Shown here: positions 49,313 to 62,400 of the stretch, piece after piece
How positions within the stretch are numbered: position 1 is the stretch's first letter
Layout: each line of letters opens with the position of its first letter
NCBI RefSeq assembly: GCF_964355755.1
Contig: NC_092673.1
Location: 34,097,648-34,161,647 of the forward strand
Length of the DNA: 64,000 bases
Direction: 5' to 3'
Source of the DNA: Antedon mediterranea
Taxonomy: Eukaryota > Animalia > Echinodermata
Made by a program: the position numbers and the translations under genes
Notes under the pieces: model-generated
Told to the model about the DNA's origin: nothing
Databases searched by the model: none
Seen by the model: only the letters and a program-made list of their open reading frames with translations

Positions 49313-50416
49313 ATGGGGGATTACGGTTATCGAGGAACCACAAGTCACACTAGGCCACTTTCTCCGTTAGAATTTTATCCAATTAACCGTGGAACAACGT
49401 CTTTGTTTTCGTCCAACAATAACAACAACGACTCTGCAACCATCATGCAGGATGAGATTATTGCTGAAAAACTGGCTATGAAGCAGCAGTCATTACAATT
49501 ACAACAACTTTCTCCTAGTGCTGAGGTAAATTCTGATAACTCTGATATTTCTCCAAAATCTAAGTCAGAAGAACTTAATTCAGCAACCGTCCCTGAGAAA
49601 GATTTTAAACAAGAGATAATTACAGAGTCAATTGACTCTTCTACAGCATCAACATTGCAACAACAGCTGGTTGGTTTTCAGCAAGAACCTATTTCTACAC
49701 TAGCTTCGTCAACCAGTGCGAACAGTGTAGCAAATAATGGTGTTAGTCCAGCATTTTGGTCATCAGCTTTGGCTGATGAAACTCAACTTCAAAACCTTCA
49801 CTCCCTCAATGGAACCGTGCAATTTCCAAATTATACACTAAATGCTTCAATGTTTAGTCCTAGCCTCGCTGCCTCTCAGCTAAACATGCAGAAACAGCAG
49901 CAGCAACAGCATCGGCACAGTTGCTTGCCTCCCCAGCCCACACAACAAGCATTCTTTCAAACTGCCAGTCAGCTACAACAAGTACAGTTACAACAGGCCC
50001 AGATTCAGCAACTACAAGCTCAAGTTGCTGGTAGTCTATTCATTCCCCAGAAACAGTACAACTGGAGTAATCCACAACAGCAGCAGCAATCGAGATGGAG
50101 CACAGCCTCCGGACAAACATTGCACCAACATCACAATAATCCATGGAGTGCAGCAAGTTCATCTAACATACACAGTCAAAATGCTACCAATGCACTCAAC
50201 AGACGGTCCATGCCTTCTCTAATGAATAGTCAACTTGGACCGCTTTCGCCCACTAAGGGTAGACCGTCGAACCCAATAATTTCACCGCCTAAATTCCAGC
50301 GCAGTTCTTCTGTACCTGGCAAGAATCCTATGAATATGGGTATACCAGGAAGTGGGTACCACCAAAAAAGGAATGGCGATATCAACACCAACACACTTTT
50401 CCCATACCATGGCCAG
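49313..50416 (+). CDS. CPEB4: CPEB coding exon 1 (368 codons), Q/S/N/P-rich low-complexity N-terminal domain
   Basis: Long ORF in the track; donor CAG|GTGAGT at 50416/50417 in phase 0. Confidence 0.92.
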
Positions 50417-53400
50417 GTGAGTTTATATTTTATTTTATTACTTACAACCTTAAAATACTGCATATTATAGCTTATTTTAAATTCCAAATTAACGGACCAA
50501 CCAAAGTATTTGTTTGGTCTAAAAAAGTGTCGGTGAATAAATGTAAATTTTATAAAATATATAAATATTAAAGGAATTTTTAAATAGAATAGAGATAATT
50601 TCATCAATTTTTGAAATATTAATACACTCATTACTTATTTGCGCAAAACTATTTATGAATTAAAACCATCATAAATAATTTTGAAAGGTCAAATCATCAT
50701 CTAATGCATTCCAATTTTAGCATAATTTATTATTCGTTAAATTCAATGTGTAAAATATTCAACTGTCTGAGACACTCCCAATTAGACTATATTATTGATG
50801 AGACATGATTTCTCAGAATATATTTGTTGAAATTAGAAGTGAAAGTGTATTGAATATATTACTAATGGTGTGCTAATTTTCTAATGTCCTGGTGCGTTAT
50901 ATGTCAAGCTGCCTTTGCTAACACTTGTAGTTTTATTATTCAAATGAGACAACCAACACATGGTCAAACCAAGGTCTTTGGTGTGATCAATATTTTGTAT
51001 TCTGTAGGCTCCATTCTCTCGTATTGATCTTATTTTTGTAGTGGCCATATTTTCATTAGTATTGTACTATCTTTAAATGTAAGTAGATATGGCATACTGT
51101 ACTGTATGTTAATAAATAATATGGGATTAATATTATAATTAATAATCTCAATGTGGAGTTTAATTTTCCATTATTAATTAATCATTGATTTAGTACACAG
51201 CGCTGTACATTAGTACAGGTTTATAAAATTTAATATCTCAAAATATATTTAATTTGACTGTCTACAAACCCATCCATATTGCAGCAAAGAGCTGTATCCT
51301 TGTAGTTAACATGTTTGCCTTCCAAGTTCTAGGGTTTCAATCCTGACCAACTGTAGCGCCAGTATTCAATCCTGACCTAGCGCCAGAGTTCAATCCTGAC
51401 TTAGCACCAGGGTTCAATCCTGACTTAGCGCCAGGGTTCAATCCTGACTTAGCGCCAGGGTTCAATCCTGACCTAGCGCCAGGGTTCAATCCTGACCTAG
51501 CGCCAGGGTTCAATCCTGACCTAGCGCCAGGGTTCAATCCTGACCTAGCGCCAGGGTTCAATCCTGACCTAGCGCCAGGGTTCAATCCTGACTTAGCGCC
51601 AGGGTTCAATCCTGACCTACAGTAGCGCCAGGGTTCAATCCTGACCTAGCGCCAGGGTTCAATCCTGACCTAGCGCGAGGGTTCAATCCTGACTTAGCGC
51701 TAGGGTTCAATTCTTTCTGCTCCACTCACTGAGTTTTTATTATTAATAATAATAAAAATTTTACTGTCGATAAAAAATAAAACAAAAAATAATAATATAT
51801 GTGGGTGTCAATTTTGTTTTAATAAATGTTATATTAAATTAATCCTTCTTAAAGGAAGATTAAGTTTGTAACATGATGTATTAAACAATGATTTTCAACT
51901 ATAGTATAAAGCACCTTAATATTGTCTGAGGTTTAATAGCATACTGTAGGCTCATCATCATTGTGTTGTTTAATAGGGCATATTGTACTATGAAATGATT
52001 ACACTGATTTATTTGGTTGCCTGGGTAAATAGCCTAATCATCGTTTAACCTAGTCTGTACAGTGATGTTGCAATGCTTTGCTCTTTGAACTCTCTATCAG
52101 ATAGTGCCTGGTAAAGATAGGCTGCTAGCTACATTTGCATTGTTTACACAACAACTAATTAAACATAGACCCTAGATGTTATCAATAGCGTAACAATAGA
52201 CATGTTTAAGCATTTGTGTTTCAAATAAAGTTGGAAGCGATAATTATAAGATAAAGTTATTTAAAAAACCAGATTTGTGTTTTGTTTACCGATTCCTAAC
52301 ATGATACTCACTTAAACGGTGAACTATTGATCATATTCACAGCCTGATAATAAATACTGTAATTTCTCATAATCAATCATTTTTGGGATCGTTCAATTTC
52401 AAAATAACTGATCAATAATAATTAATAAAGGTAAATCAACTGTAAAAAACAGTAAAAGCCAAATACAGATCAGTTTTAGTAGCAACGTAAAATATGACCT
52501 CATTTTCACCTTAGGTCAAATTATCTTCTGTTCAATTAAAACTTGCTGAATTTGATTTTCATTGTGGGTGATGATGCATTTATTACTGAATAATTACCAC
52601 AAATAATTAGCAATTTACAATGTGTGGTTTTGTGGTACAGAGGTTAATAATAATTTATTTTGTGTTTTTCAATAGTAGTACTAAACAATATAGATGTGTA
52701 ATTATTGACCATTGAAAAATAAATAAATGTTCAGAATATTAAACATTAATTTCTTTGTTAATAAATTCTACTTAAATCAATTGTGATTTCCTATTTAAGG
52801 GAAATCTTCATTCTTTGTCATAAAATTGACATTTTGTATCCTTGAATAAAAATTAGACAAATTTGCAAAATTTAATTTACAATTCTGCTTAAAAATCCAA
52901 CTGTATTGATGTCCCCTGGACTAATTATTCATGCAGTTTAGCTGACAATTGGGGAATTATAAAGTACAATGAAAGTTAAAAAAACCATGTTAAGTCATTA
53001 TTTCCTTAATGGTATTAATGTGTATCCTTTGTAATTATCTCATTGTCTTTTACCGACAAAGTGCATTGTTAGAATTTGAATAAGCCAAATTAATAATTCT
53101 TACTTTGATTTGATTACTATTTAATTGTGAATAATTTATTAAAAAAATTAAACACCATATTTAAATATTGAATACTGTAAAGTTACATGCTAGAGCATAT
53201 TCCAGCCTTTATGTAGGATAATATAGACTTTTTAAAATTCCATTGTTAATATCCAAGTATAATCCCATCCCTATTTGAAGGTACCTACATTTTAAAACAT
53301 TGTTAAATGTATGCATATCCATGTATAATCCCATTCCTATTGAAGGTGCCTACATTAAGCATTGTTAAATGTTAATGAAATTAAAGTATAGTGCCATCCC

Positions 53401-56400
53401 TATTGGCGGTGCATAGTGTACCTTAAATTTTGCTTTAACTTCAGTACTGTTTAAATCAGTTGAGATACTGTAGTCTAGTAGTAGAGGAAAACAAACCTGT
53501 ACCCAGTAGGTATTAAACATTTATGATGAGATCTTCCCACACACAGAACTGCCCTCATAAAGCTTTGTGTTAACTGCCAGATATTATGTAATCGTATGAC
53601 CTTGTTCAGAGAACATTAAAATTTAATTTTTGTTGGTTTGTGAAATTGACTTGTACCAAAATATCTATGGATTGTGGATGAATAATTTTGCATAAATTTA
53701 ATTTGAAACACACCATCCCATCTGTAACCTCTGTCTACAATATCAAACTGGTTTGACAAAAAAAAGTGTGGTGTGCCCAAATATGGTAGTGATATGACAC
53801 AATCGAATACTCAATGTAAAATATCTGCAATCTGCAAAAATGTACTGATAAATAGACCTCTTGTTGGTTTCTTGTGAAATAGGTTTTTCTTTTTATAATG
53901 GCTGTACAATCCCTGCCCCATAATTGCTATGGTTAGTTTTATTGTTGACCCAATCAGTATTGTTTTACATTATCTGTCTTTGGTTGCTTTTGTCATATTG
54001 TGTTCCTTCCCAGGCCAACATTGTTAATTGCTGTTGTTTAGTATCACATATAGCGATTGTTTACATTTTGGTCTTAAGCCAACATTTCCTATGGACATCT
54101 TATTGTATTTATATTACTGGAAAGTTCTCATTTTAACCGTACTGAAATGATTGTTTTTCTCAGGATCGGCAAATGGCAAACTCTATGGGCGACCCAATGA
54201 AGCTGTCATCATTGGAGCATCAATTGTTAGATATTATGAAGGGAGCAGACCAGCCTCTTGATCCATTTGGAAGTGGTCCGTGTAAGTATTCAATTTGGAT
54301 TTTCATGCTTTGCTTAATACCTAGATAAATCAACAATAGCCTTATTCACCTTTAAAACTAAAAAACAATTTACTCAACACCTCCAGTCTTAATGGTACAG
54401 TCCAAAAAACAGTCCCATAATTTGTTTAAGTTTGATTCATAAAAAGTACATCAATAATACAGTATGCTAAATGTAAAAAATAAAAATATTTATAAAGTAA
54501 AAAAAATCACTACAAAATATTTACTGCAGGAACTACATTTATTTAATGCAATACAGTACCTTATGCCCTGTCTACACTATCATGCACATGATGTCCCCAT
54601 ACTGTACATGATTTGCTATCACTACCATATTTGGACATGTATCACTACCATATTTGGGCACATCACATTTTTTTGTGGTCAAACTAGTTTGATTATATAG
54701 ACAGAGCTTAACACGTTTTTAAGTTGCTATATAGTGGCTATGATTATCCAAAAATTTCCAAATAATTACATAAACAAACAAAATGTACAGTATTTTACTG
54801 CAGTAGCTGCAGTAGAATAATTCTGATTTTATCCATTACATACACCACTGCAATACAGTAGGAAATAGAAAACATTGAATATGCTAATTGAGGATGGTAT
54901 TACTATTTTTCTTAATGGTACTTAAAAACATACTACAAAATGAGTGTAGAGCCATCATATTGTCTACAGTATCTTCAATGATTATTATTTGCATTTGAAT
55001 TTATTATGTAATCAAATGGATTTATCTTGAAATGGTGGGTACAAAAAATTGTTGTAAAATGTCTGTCCTTTATTCGGATGTGGATATTTGCAAATATACA
55101 TCCTTCCTGCTTAGTAAATGAATCATAACGTTTTAATTAAATGTAATATCTCCTCCTTCAGTTGTAACACAACACATTTCAAGAAACTAAATAGTATGGT
55201 ATTCATATGTTATGAGTGCATAGTAAATGAAACTAAGCCAGTATTTGACCTTTGGATGGGAGAATCATTCCACATGCAATTCATTTAAAAGTATTATTTA
55301 GTCATTTCAAAGGTTTTTTTTAAATACTAAAGTTTTTATATAATGCTATGATTTGATACATTTCTTAGATTTTTTTGACGGGAGGGAGAAAAAAAAGCTC
55401 AATCTGAAATTGTATTTAACCAAGCGTATCACAATGCATACAAATAGGAAACGTGGATTACATATTGTTGTATATTTTATACCGTATTTTTTAGTACCCC
55501 GTTTCTGATAGAAGTACTACAATTTGGTGGAGAAAATATTGTATATTTTTGATTAGCGCATTGTCAAAAATATATCGTTACGGCGTTATATATTATTTTA
55601 AAAATAACTTATTAAAAACGGTATTTACTTGGCAGCAGAAACAGGGCCTTATTAAAAAAACGCAAGATGATTATCATCCTTTTTTATCCAAAATTTTGAT
55701 GGATGTTTTATTACTAGATTTGTTCCAGACTAAGTAAAATTGTTATTTTATCAAAAGATACTAAAAGTATCAATACAAAGTCTAGCTTTGTGCCTAGCTT
55801 TACCTGAATAAATTAACAATAGCCTATTCTCTTAAAAGTGAAAGATAAACTTGAAATATATTGGTACAACAATAATACAATTATGAATGATACTTTGTGG
55901 TCATAGGTCAGGTTCTTTAGGATCATTAGGAAGGAGTTGGCATTTTTAATGAACTGCTGTAAGGTAATTATGTCTAATCTGATTGTTACTGCACAAGTAC
56001 TTTTATAGAAGGGGAGTGGAGATTTTTATGAACCATTTTAATTTCTAATCAAAAGGGATTGTTAAACAGTACTGTACAGTGGTACTCCAGTAGGAGGGGA
56101 GGGGAGATTTTGATAATTTTATTTTGTCCAATGAAACTTAAGTGAAAAGGTTGAACCAAATAGAAACTAGTTTCCCTCTGAGTAAATAAGTGAGGAACTT
56201 GCAATAAGAGGGCTTTCCTTTTGTGTGATTCATAGCAATGAGTTCACCTCTGGTTTCTGTCCACATTCAATGAGACATGTTCCGCTGGGGTCAAATTTTG
56301 ACCTTTGTTTGCTTTCTTTTTCCTTTTAAAACTTTAAAATAATTTCTAATACTTGGAATAAATCTCGTAATTGCAAGCATATTGTCAGGAAAATAAGAAC

Positions 56401-59400
56401 AATAGTTGTTAATAAATCTGACCTCTTGTTTGCTTTCTTTTTCATTCTTAATGCGGAAATTGTGAAAATGACTATGAATAATAGGTACTTTAGCATAATA
56501 TTATTAAATTATTGCAAAAATAAATATCATATTCACTACAAAGTCATTTTTAGAGATTCTATTCTATTTTTATATGGCGCCCTAAAATGAACAGAGCGCC
56601 TAACAATACAAGCATTATTCGCAACAAAGAACAAATTACGGCCTCCCATCTGTACTGATGATAATCAATACTACAGTATAAAAATATAAAAATGACAGTA
56701 TTCACAGTCTTAGTCTTTTTACAGTAAAAGAGAATAATTTGCAGTAATCCAGCCAACATGTCAAGTCCCTCTTTCTTAAACAAAAGATCTCAGATTCTTA
56801 ACTCCATGCAACCGAAATTTCATTCTGAAATCTAAGCATTTGGTCTAGCCCAAGGGTCCCCAGGATTGGAAGAATTGATGGTACCACCAATCAACAATTC
56901 AAGAATGAGATTGTGCTTTTCAGTCCTAAATTCTTGGAAACCTTGGAATTGGGTAGATAGTTAATTTATAACTAATATTAACAAATGCTTTGATTATTAT
57001 TCTTCCATAGTGGCCTACAAGCTATATAATTAAGTTAGCATATGTTTTAAAAGGTTAAGAATACCTTCAAATATATAAATTAGAATTATTAAGTGGTTAC
57101 TGATTATACAATGTTTTTTTTTCAAATCTGGAAATTAATTACCATCCGTTCATTAAACTAGTCTAAAGTTCTTTGACCCAATCATTATAAATTCCAACTA
57201 AATAAATTAAAACATAGCACATACAGTAAACTTTTAAAAGCAATGTTTCAGATGTTTCTGCCCGTTATCAGCGAGTGGCTATAATATTGGTAAGGGTTCT
57301 CATGTTAAAGTTAAACCGAGTCTACTCAGATAAACTATACTATACACTAGGTCCAGTGTGCACAAAATATTTGTGTAGGGGGTTACCCAGTGTACTATTT
57401 CACACACTGTCAAACCATTATTGGTTGGAGAGAAGCTGTTTCCGGAAAAAGAGTCGACTGACCCATTGAATTTCATGGATCGAGATAGTTTTAAATTTCT
57501 ACAGTACCTTTTCCCCACCGGACAATCTTTATTGAGATAAAACATGACAACTAAAAGGAATTTCATTGATATTTAGTAGCTGCGTTTGATGTTTGAATCA
57601 CCTGTCATGTTGATTAACTCTCTGACGTCAATTATGGCAACCTAACATTCACATTAGACAGCACTGTACTGCTATTTTAATATTACCAAATCTTAAAATA
57701 GCTTGTCTCTCGCTGTATACTAACTACATACATATAGAACGCATTATGTTAATGTATAAATATTCATGTATGATTTATACGACAAAGATGAATACAGTGT
57801 ATTTTGCAATGAATCATCTTTAGAAAAAGTAATTCTTATCATTCTTTGATTATTTAAAATGTATAATGTTTTGAAAAATATTCAGAAACATCAGTTATTA
57901 TTATCATGCAGCGTATTACATGTATTTTATTTTTATTGTAATATCAACTTTAAAAACATAAATTATGTTGATTTACAAAGCAATTATTATTTTCATTCAG
58001 AACAACCTTTTAATAGTAATAATAGATGCATTTACTTACATTGGAAGTAGTATGGTTTCTATGGCATTGCTATTGATTTCTGGTGTCAAATGGCCTAAAA
58101 TTGTTAATACATACACTGCAAAATATTTTGTTATCATAAAAAGTGTTTCTGATGGATTAGTATGTAGGCCTATTGTGTAATCTGTAACTAAGAAATTGAA
58201 TCATTGAAATTCATTTAAAATTGAAATTGTGAGATAATTTTATTTATAACTTTAAAAAAAATTGTTATAACTTTATAAATAATATTATACCGTACTGTAC
58301 AGTATGTCGTATATTCTATATAGTATTGTTCACAGTGGCTTATTATATTCTAATTTGAAATACCACTGTATTAAAAAACATAAATATTTTTAATTTAGGC
58401 AGGTGGTACATTGTACAAAAAACAGCTTTATTTTGTGGTTTTGATTTTATCATGTTAAATATGTTTATAAAACAACGCAAAATGTTACTTTCACTATAAT
58501 CTTTCTAACCCAATCAAAATCATTTTAATGTACTGTAGGCCTACTGTACAAGAACAGTCTTTTCTGTATTTCCACCCCAACCACCACCTTACTCGTGGCA
58601 TTTTGATGATTTATTACATAATTTGTATTGGCCTATTCATTTTATTAGTTACGGTTGTATAGTACATAGGCCTATTCCTTATCTAGTAATCTTAAACAAC
58701 TCCCTATTTTGAGTGAACTTAACACTGTAATAGGTCAATACTGTATTGACTGGCATCTATTTTGTCCATCTCCTTATTTGAAGGTCATATGTAACCATAT
58801 TGCATAAATTGTATCAATATGTCACACTTTATACATGTTAACACATTGTCATGATATTTGCATATTTATTGCTTAAGTTTTATAATCAGCTGTTATGTAA
58901 TTTTAACTGCAATAACCTTAAAAATATTTTGTTATTTAAAGTTGAAACATACAAAATTATTTTCTTGTGTACTACTACTGTATTCGCTAAAATTGGTAAA
59001 ATAAATGCTTTAACTGTAACCCCTCCTTTGCGACATCCCTATTCAGGAGACATTCCTACACATGCAACATCCCTGTTCAGGGGACACTCTATTCAGGGGA
59101 CACAACTATTAAGGAAACGCTTTCCTGTGAGTGAGGGTGAGTGAGTGAGTGAGGGGGGGGGGGGGGCAAATATGCGTTTCAGCACTACACTCGATCCGTA
59201 TTCATGAGATACAGTACCTCTCTATAAAAGGGATACTTTGTTTAGGTCCTGAAGGTGTCCCTTTAATACTGTAGGTGTTTTATTGTATTGCGAGTCATTC
59301 CATGCCAAATCAACCAATAGCTAGTATATACTGTAGGATCATCATCATCTCTGATTTTGCTTTAAAAAAAATTAATCGCATACAGTACTGTACTGTACTG

Positions 59401-62400
59401 TGCCTTGGGTTTAAAAATTCTCACAATTTCAGTTTGAAATTTGCTGTATAAAAATATGCCACGCCCACCTATTTTTGGTCATGATTGAATTATTAAATTA
59501 AAAACCTTTGCTATATTATTATTATCAGGTGTTTTTTTTTCAACTCTTATCCTATAAATACACCTGTCGTTAAATCAATAACAAATCATCGGTTTTCCAT
59601 TTTGTACCGGTCAGGATATTTTTGCTGGATGTGTATATATCCGGCGTGGTGAATGGATATCAATATTATGGTAGCAATACAGACTTTATTGATTTAGTTT
59701 TACTGCAATGCTCATTAAAATATGTAAAGAATGAATGCACATTATGGTCAAAAGCTGCACTGCATTTATTAGGCATTGAAAGGTGAAATTGCGTGATTGC
59801 TTTCTGCAGGAAAAAATACCATTTTCTGATTACTATATTAATCTATAGTTGCTTTCTCTTGTTAATGTTAATTTTATAATCGAAATAAAGTATTAAAAGT
59901 ACATCAACTTGAATCCGAATAATTATTTACTGTATACTAAGTATATGAATGAATATAGTCCCATGGGATCTGATATGTAATTGGGCAAATATTATGGAGT
60001 GGGATTACTGTATACTTGGATTGCGTTGACAATGGAAGGCCTTGTGTTGTGTCCATATTTAGCCAGATTTAGGGGGAGGGAGGAGGTGTGATTAGACTCG
60101 ACTATACTGTTTTAAGACTTTAATTTATTTACATATTTTTTAAAATGGTTTTAGAATTTAATCAAGTTTTTAATTGAAAACCACAAATTTTAGTTACTAA
60201 TCTATGAGAATTAAAGGTACTACATGAATGAAAAATCTGGATTATGCGAATGAGCTACACAAGCACTGCACCATATATGGTATCTTAATTAAATATTCTT
60301 TATCACAGTATTGGAAAAAGTAGTATATAATGAATGACCCCAGGATTTACCCTAAATTTCGTGGCAGGTGACTTAAATTAGCAATATATTTATACGTCAC
60401 AAAATCCCCAGTCTCAAATGTTTTGTTTTTATACAAATTTTGTTATTATAAAGGTGTTCTTAATTTAAAAGAGGATTAAAGATTATTCAATTCCTTTAAA
60501 AGGTGGCATTTAGGGTAGAAAACTGGCATGCAAAGGCCATATTGTCCCCTGCCCTTGCATATCTTTAGAATTCATCTAGTAGGGAAGCCAACAGGATATT
60601 AGATCCCTTTGACGTCATTCTACAGTATAGATTTTATTTTCCAGTGGCTAAGTTATGGTACTATTAGTGCTCAACACATTGATGGCATTAAGTTCAACTC
60701 ATTAGATATACATTAAAAATGTATTGCGATGAAAAACAAATGTTATATTTTTTGCCTTCAAGCAAGAATTTGTATCGAAATACAAAATACATTTTAAATA
60801 TATTACAAAATTGAAACTGTAAAGCTACTAGCTAGTGAATGGTTTAAAATTTTGACAAATATTTTTTCACATTTCAAATACATATTTTATTTTCTGACCA
60901 ACATGTACTTAGAGATATTAGTAAGAAAACGACAACCGTGATTAATTAAGCTCTGTATTATAATTCTAGTATACGTTGTAGGAAATCGGCGGCCATTAAG
61001 AGCACTTACAGCAAAGACTGGCTTTGTTTATTACCTTTAACAATTCATAATTAATGTGCTAGGATATGCCTGATAGTACAGTACTGTAGTTAGCAGCCTT
61101 AATCAGATGCTTAAGGTCAAATGCCGCCTTCACATACAATTCTCATTTCAATTGTAAAGTTGTTCTCATTCAGTTATCTGTTAAAATTAAGCCGTTTTCC
61201 TATGCAAATGAATGCATTTACTGTATGCTTGTAGGGATTAGTAGACATACAGTAAAGACATGATTCAATCCTGCTTCGTAATTGTTCTTTTTAGTTCTGA
61301 TCTATTACAGTATATTCTTATTATGTTTAATGTTAAATTATGCAGAATGTTGCCATAATGTGATGACTTCAGTTACAATTAAGCCTCATAAACATACATC
61401 AGCATCATAAACATTAATTTGAACTATAATGAAATGTGCCAAGTTTACTAGTACCATTGGAGATACAGTATTTGTATGTAAAAATTCCAGTTTTGCATAA
61501 AATCTGTTTTTATATCCAATTTTGTATTCAGTACATTATTAAGCTATTATTGATTAATATCTTAAAATAAAAAGATTATTTATATATAATTAAGCCCACT
61601 CCAAGGCATAACATTATTTAAAATATAAAGTCTGCAGTGTTTTAATGGCCATAGCGATGGATTACGGTCAAAATCAAATGCTGTTTTGCATAAGTGGATT
61701 CTTCTCTTTTCCTCTGAGCAATTTAAATTTACTGAACATATCATTTGAGAATTGTTTAAAGGATGTAAGAAATCTGAAAAGCATTTACTAAAATGACTTG
61801 AATATTGTGTCAAATTATGACAGATGATGACATGTTTATGAATATGGATTGTTATTATAATTAGCAATGGAATTAAAAGTGTCAATATTTTATCACGTAA
61901 TTAGTTTTAAAATATTCACTGTAATCTGATCAGTCTATCGTTGAGTTAAATATGTATTAATACCCAGAAGGGAGCTACAGTACATTATGTTGCATACTGT
62001 ACAGTAGATTCTAGAAAATTTATGTATAAAATTATAATGTTGCAACATTTTCTCATAAAATTACCAGAAAGCACAATACTCCAGATTTGTCTTGATTATG
62101 GCAGTTGTCAGATTTTTTAAATAATAGTAATTTATAATATTTTAATAAATTTATGTTTTACAAATTAGCAAATTTATATTTATATTTAAAACAAAGATAG
62201 TTTAGTAATTATATTTGTAATACTTTTCTTTTTTTACTTTGATTGTGAAAATTAGTAATTTCAATTTCTAGGTTTATTTTTTTATGTAAATAATAATACT
62301 ATTAACTATTTTAACATTTTTAATGTCATTTATGACTTGATTAATTTTGTATAGTATTTAAAATTAGCAATTTCAATTTCTAGGTTTATTTTTTTATGTA

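Noticed and set aside
51337-51609. (NPGARSGL)n ORF
   Set aside because: Antisense reading of a 24-bp intronic minisatellite.
55921-55963. Possible poison exon in CPEB intron 2 (ttctttag ... aag|gtaatt)
   Set aside because: Splice-like signals of this quality are expected by chance in 9 kb, and there is no other support.
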